A stretch of 32,000 bases of DNA from Candidatus Saccharimonadota bacterium (GTDB lineage: Bacteria; Bacteroidota; Bacteroidia; Cytophagales; Amoebophilaceae): positions 930,001-962,000 of the forward strand of contig NZ_OZ239769.1 of the NCBI RefSeq assembly GCF_965196625.1, given 5' to 3'. The translations under genes were made by a program, and so were the position numbers. Positions 29,998 through 32,000 of this stretch are shown here, piece after piece. Within the stretch, counting starts at the first letter, position 1; each line of letters opens with the position of its first letter. The notes beneath the pieces were generated by a model. That model was not told where the DNA came from and made no database searches. It was given only the letters and a program-made list of their open reading frames with translations.

Positions 29998-30591
29998 TCA
30001 GAACGAATAACCAATATAGAGATAGCTAAATAACAGATTAAAGCCTCCTGTAGAACTGTGTTTCCCATTTTTAGGTGAGAAAGTAGTTTTCATTCCAACG
30101 GTAATCCCTTTTAAATTACCCATGTTACTTAAATGATAATTTATTCCTATGGAAGGAAATGGCATCAATGAAGTATGATATTCTGCAGTTTCCCAATCTT
30201 GAGCGCTATATGCACTAATGTATAAATCCCCATGCAATGAAAAATATTTATTTACATAATATCTATAGTTTCCACCTAACCCTACTGCGAAGGCTGCCCT
30301 ATCATTACAATCTTTAAAAGTTATAGCCATTGCAGACCAGGCAAAAGAACTACCATCTTCTTTGTTGCGGTTATCATAGACTATCCCGATGCCTGGATTA
30401 ACTACAAAAGCGCCATTTTTATCTAAGCCACGTGGAGCTTTTCGATAGGCTGGGTTAGAAGCATTAGCTCGTATATGATAGGATATTCCTGGAATAAATA
30501 AACCTATTTCACCCCCAAGCGCATTCATTGAAAACAGAGCCACTGATAGGAGCATAACCCCTATTTTTTTTAAAAACGTACTGTTAAGCAT
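29998..30591 (-). CDS. Small outer-membrane beta-barrel, PagP-like (candidate lipid A palmitoyltransferase)
   Basis: A signal peptide is followed by LFIPGISYHIR, which I align with recalled E. coli PagP LYIPAITWHAR. AMAITFKDC aligns with AMAFKDS, MPFPSIGINY with LPLASVGYG, and the end is aromatic (IGYSF). The size is similar (197 vs 186 aa). The alignment was made from memory, not computed. Confidence 0.6.
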   Translation of the reverse strand: MLNSTFLKKIGVMLLSVALFSMNALGGEIGLFIPGISYHIRANASNPAYRKAPRGLDKNGAFVVNPGIGIVYDNRNKEDGSSFAWSAMAITFKDCNDRAAFAVGLGGNYRYYVNKYFSLHGDLYISAYSAQDWETAEYHTSLMPFPSIGINYHLSNMGNLKGITVGMKTTFSPKNGKHSSTGGFNLLFSYLYIGYSF

Positions 30592-30648
30592 CTTTCATTC
30601 GTCTGTCAATTAATATGACATACCTTTACTTTATTATGCTGCTTTTAT

Positions 30649-32000
30649 CTAATTGCTCATAGAAACCAAAAACTCTTCATTATTACGTGTACCCCGCATT
30701 TTCTTCAGTAGAAAATCCATTGCTTCTGTAGAGCTCATATCTGCCATGATGTTACGCAATATCCAGATGCGCGCCAGCTCCTCTTTTCCAATCAACAGCT
30801 CTTCATGTCTGGTTCCAGAAGCAGGTACATCAATAGCTGGATAAATACGTTTATTGGCCAACTTGCGATCCAATTGCAATTCCATATTACCGGTACCTTT
30901 AAATTCTTCAAAAATCACCTCATCCATCTTAGAGCCTGTATCAATAAGGGCCGTAGCCAAAATGGTCAATGACCCCCCATTTTCTACATTACGGGCAGCA
31001 CCAAAAAACCGTTGTGGTTTATGCAGGGCATTGGCATCAATACCGCCAGAAAGTATCTTTCCAGAAGAAGGGCTAACCGTATTGTGTGCCCGAGCGAGTC
31101 GGGTAATAGAGTCCAATAGAATCACAACATCCCGACCACATTCTACCATTCTCTTTGCTTTTTCTAAAACAATATTAGAAACTTTTACATGCCGCTCAGC
31201 CTGTTCATCAAAGGTTGAAGCAATTACCTCTGCTTTTACATTTCTAGCCATATCCGTCACCTCTTCTGGGCGCTCCCCAATGAGTAGCACAATCAAATAA
31301 ACCTCTGGGTGATTGGATGCAATCGCATTAGCGATCTCTTTTAACAGCACCGTTTTACCAGTTTTAGGTTGCGCTACAATCATACCACGCTGCCCCTTAC
31401 CAATAGGAGAAAACAAATCCATAATGCGGGTTGAATATTGACTGGCTCCATTGGAAATATGCAACTTATCATGTGGAAAAAGCGGCGTAAGGTGTTCAAA
31501 AGGAATGCGATTGCGCCCCTCCTCTGTGGTTACACCATTCATACAAATGACCTTTAAAAGGGCAAAGTATTTTTCTCCTTCTTTGGGTGGACGTATTTTA
31601 CCACGAATGGTATCGCCCGTTTTTAGGTTAAACAATTTGATTTGAGAGGGAGATACATACACATCGTCTGGACTGGCTAAATAGTGATAATCAGATGAAC
31701 GTAAAAAACCATAGCCATCTTGCATAATCTCTAATACACCTTCGCATTCAATAGTAGTATCCAAGCTATGCAATATACTTGCTTCTTTTTTACTCTTTTC
31801 AAACGAGGGGGGGGCCTCCTTTGGTTCTTTAGTGGAGACAACACGTTCAGTTACAACTGATTTTTCTGACTCTGCAGCCTCACTGCGCTTACCTTGTAGA
31901 TTAGATTCCGCTTGTGCTTCTACTGCTCTAGCCTTCACATAACCCCTCTTGGGCAATACAGGTGGGATGCCTTCTTTTGCAGGCAATGGTGTAACAAGCG
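30649..32000 (-). CDS. rho: Transcription termination factor Rho, 5' end off the window
   Basis: GYGFLRS, CSD-like RNA-binding region, P-loop [19 protein letters not shown], and C-terminal RIYPAIDV. The frame stays open to position 32000, so the Lys/Glu/Ser-rich N-terminal extension continues beyond the window. Confidence 0.95.
   Translation of the reverse strand, partial: LVTPLPAKEGIPPVLPKRGYVKARAVEAQAESNLQGKRSEAAESEKSVVTERVVSTKEPKEAPPSFEKSKKEASILHSLDTTIECEGVLEIMQDGYGFLRSSDYHYLASPDDVYVSPSQIKLFNLKTGDTIRGKIRPPKEGEKYFALLKVICMNGVTTEEGRNRIPFEHLTPLFPHDKLHISNGASQYSTRIMDLFSPIGKGQRGMIVAQPKTGKTVLLKEIANAIASNHPEVYLIVLLIGERPEEVTDMARNVKAEVIASTFDEQAERHVKVSNIVLEKAKRMVECGRDVVILLDSITRLARAHNTVSPSSGKILSGGIDANALHKPQRFFGAARNVENGGSLTILATALIDTGSKMDEVIFEEFKGTGNMELQLDRKLANKRIYPAIDVPASGTRHEELLIGKEELARIWILRNIMADMSSTEAMDFLLKKMRGTRNNEEFLVSMSN

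Noticed and set aside
31807-31814. A G8 homopolymer inside rho (C8 on the coding strand) as a possible phase-variation tract. C7 runs also occur at 13800-13806 and 21197-21203.
   Set aside because: All three encode in-frame Pro-Pro (CCC CCC) dipeptides in intact genes. Two of these genes are essential (rho and atpG), so the runs are most simply a codon-choice by-product.

Overview
This is a visibly AT-rich bacterial window (GC not computed) with no obvious Shine-Dalgarno sequences. Several traits point to Bacteroidota: an atpBEFHAG operon without atpDC, a single-Cys DksA/TraR protein, a Nif3 plus zinc-ribbon gene pair, and repeated AAA-ATPase_like/PDDEXK_9 paralogs. The combination of IS elements, gene relics and a contractile-injection module suggests an Amoebophilus/Cardinium-like intracellular symbiont. 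That lineage call is inference only.

Layout:
- (i) 1-4041 is an accessory 'graveyard'. It holds the 3' part of an IS256-family element, a frameshifted and IS-truncated AAA-ATPase/PD-(D/E)XK gene, an intact small serine recombinase, and a further paralog fragment.
- (ii) 4042-14142 is mostly housekeeping: an orphan lipoprotein gene, eno, gpmI, a pseudouridine synthase, a DksA-like gene, a zinc-ribbon gene, Nif3, lpxK, and a large secreted protein that may be outer-membrane.
- (iii) 14149-16139 holds a 5' relic plus an intact AAA-ATPase/PD-(D/E)XK paralog.
- (iv) 16399-21477 is the F-type ATP synthase operon atpB-E-F-H-A-G.
- (v) 21545-22213 is the C-terminal remnant of an M16 (insulinase-like) peptidase.
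- (vi) 22464-27603 is an intact four-gene spike/baseplate module of a phage-tail-like contractile injection system: VgrG-like, PAAR, gp25-like and BaseplateJ/gp6-like. No sheath, tube, ATPase or effector genes lie in the window.
- (vii) 27668-30591, on the minus strand, is a putative lipid A remodelling trio: PagP-like barrel, PAP2 phosphatase and ArnT-like glycosyltransferase.
- (viii) 30649-32000 is rho, with its 5' end off the window.

I saw no rRNA, tRNA or CRISPR array by eye.

The best candidates for a second look are the orphan injection-system module, the decaying AAA-ATPase/nuclease family around the recombinase, and the PagP-like gene.
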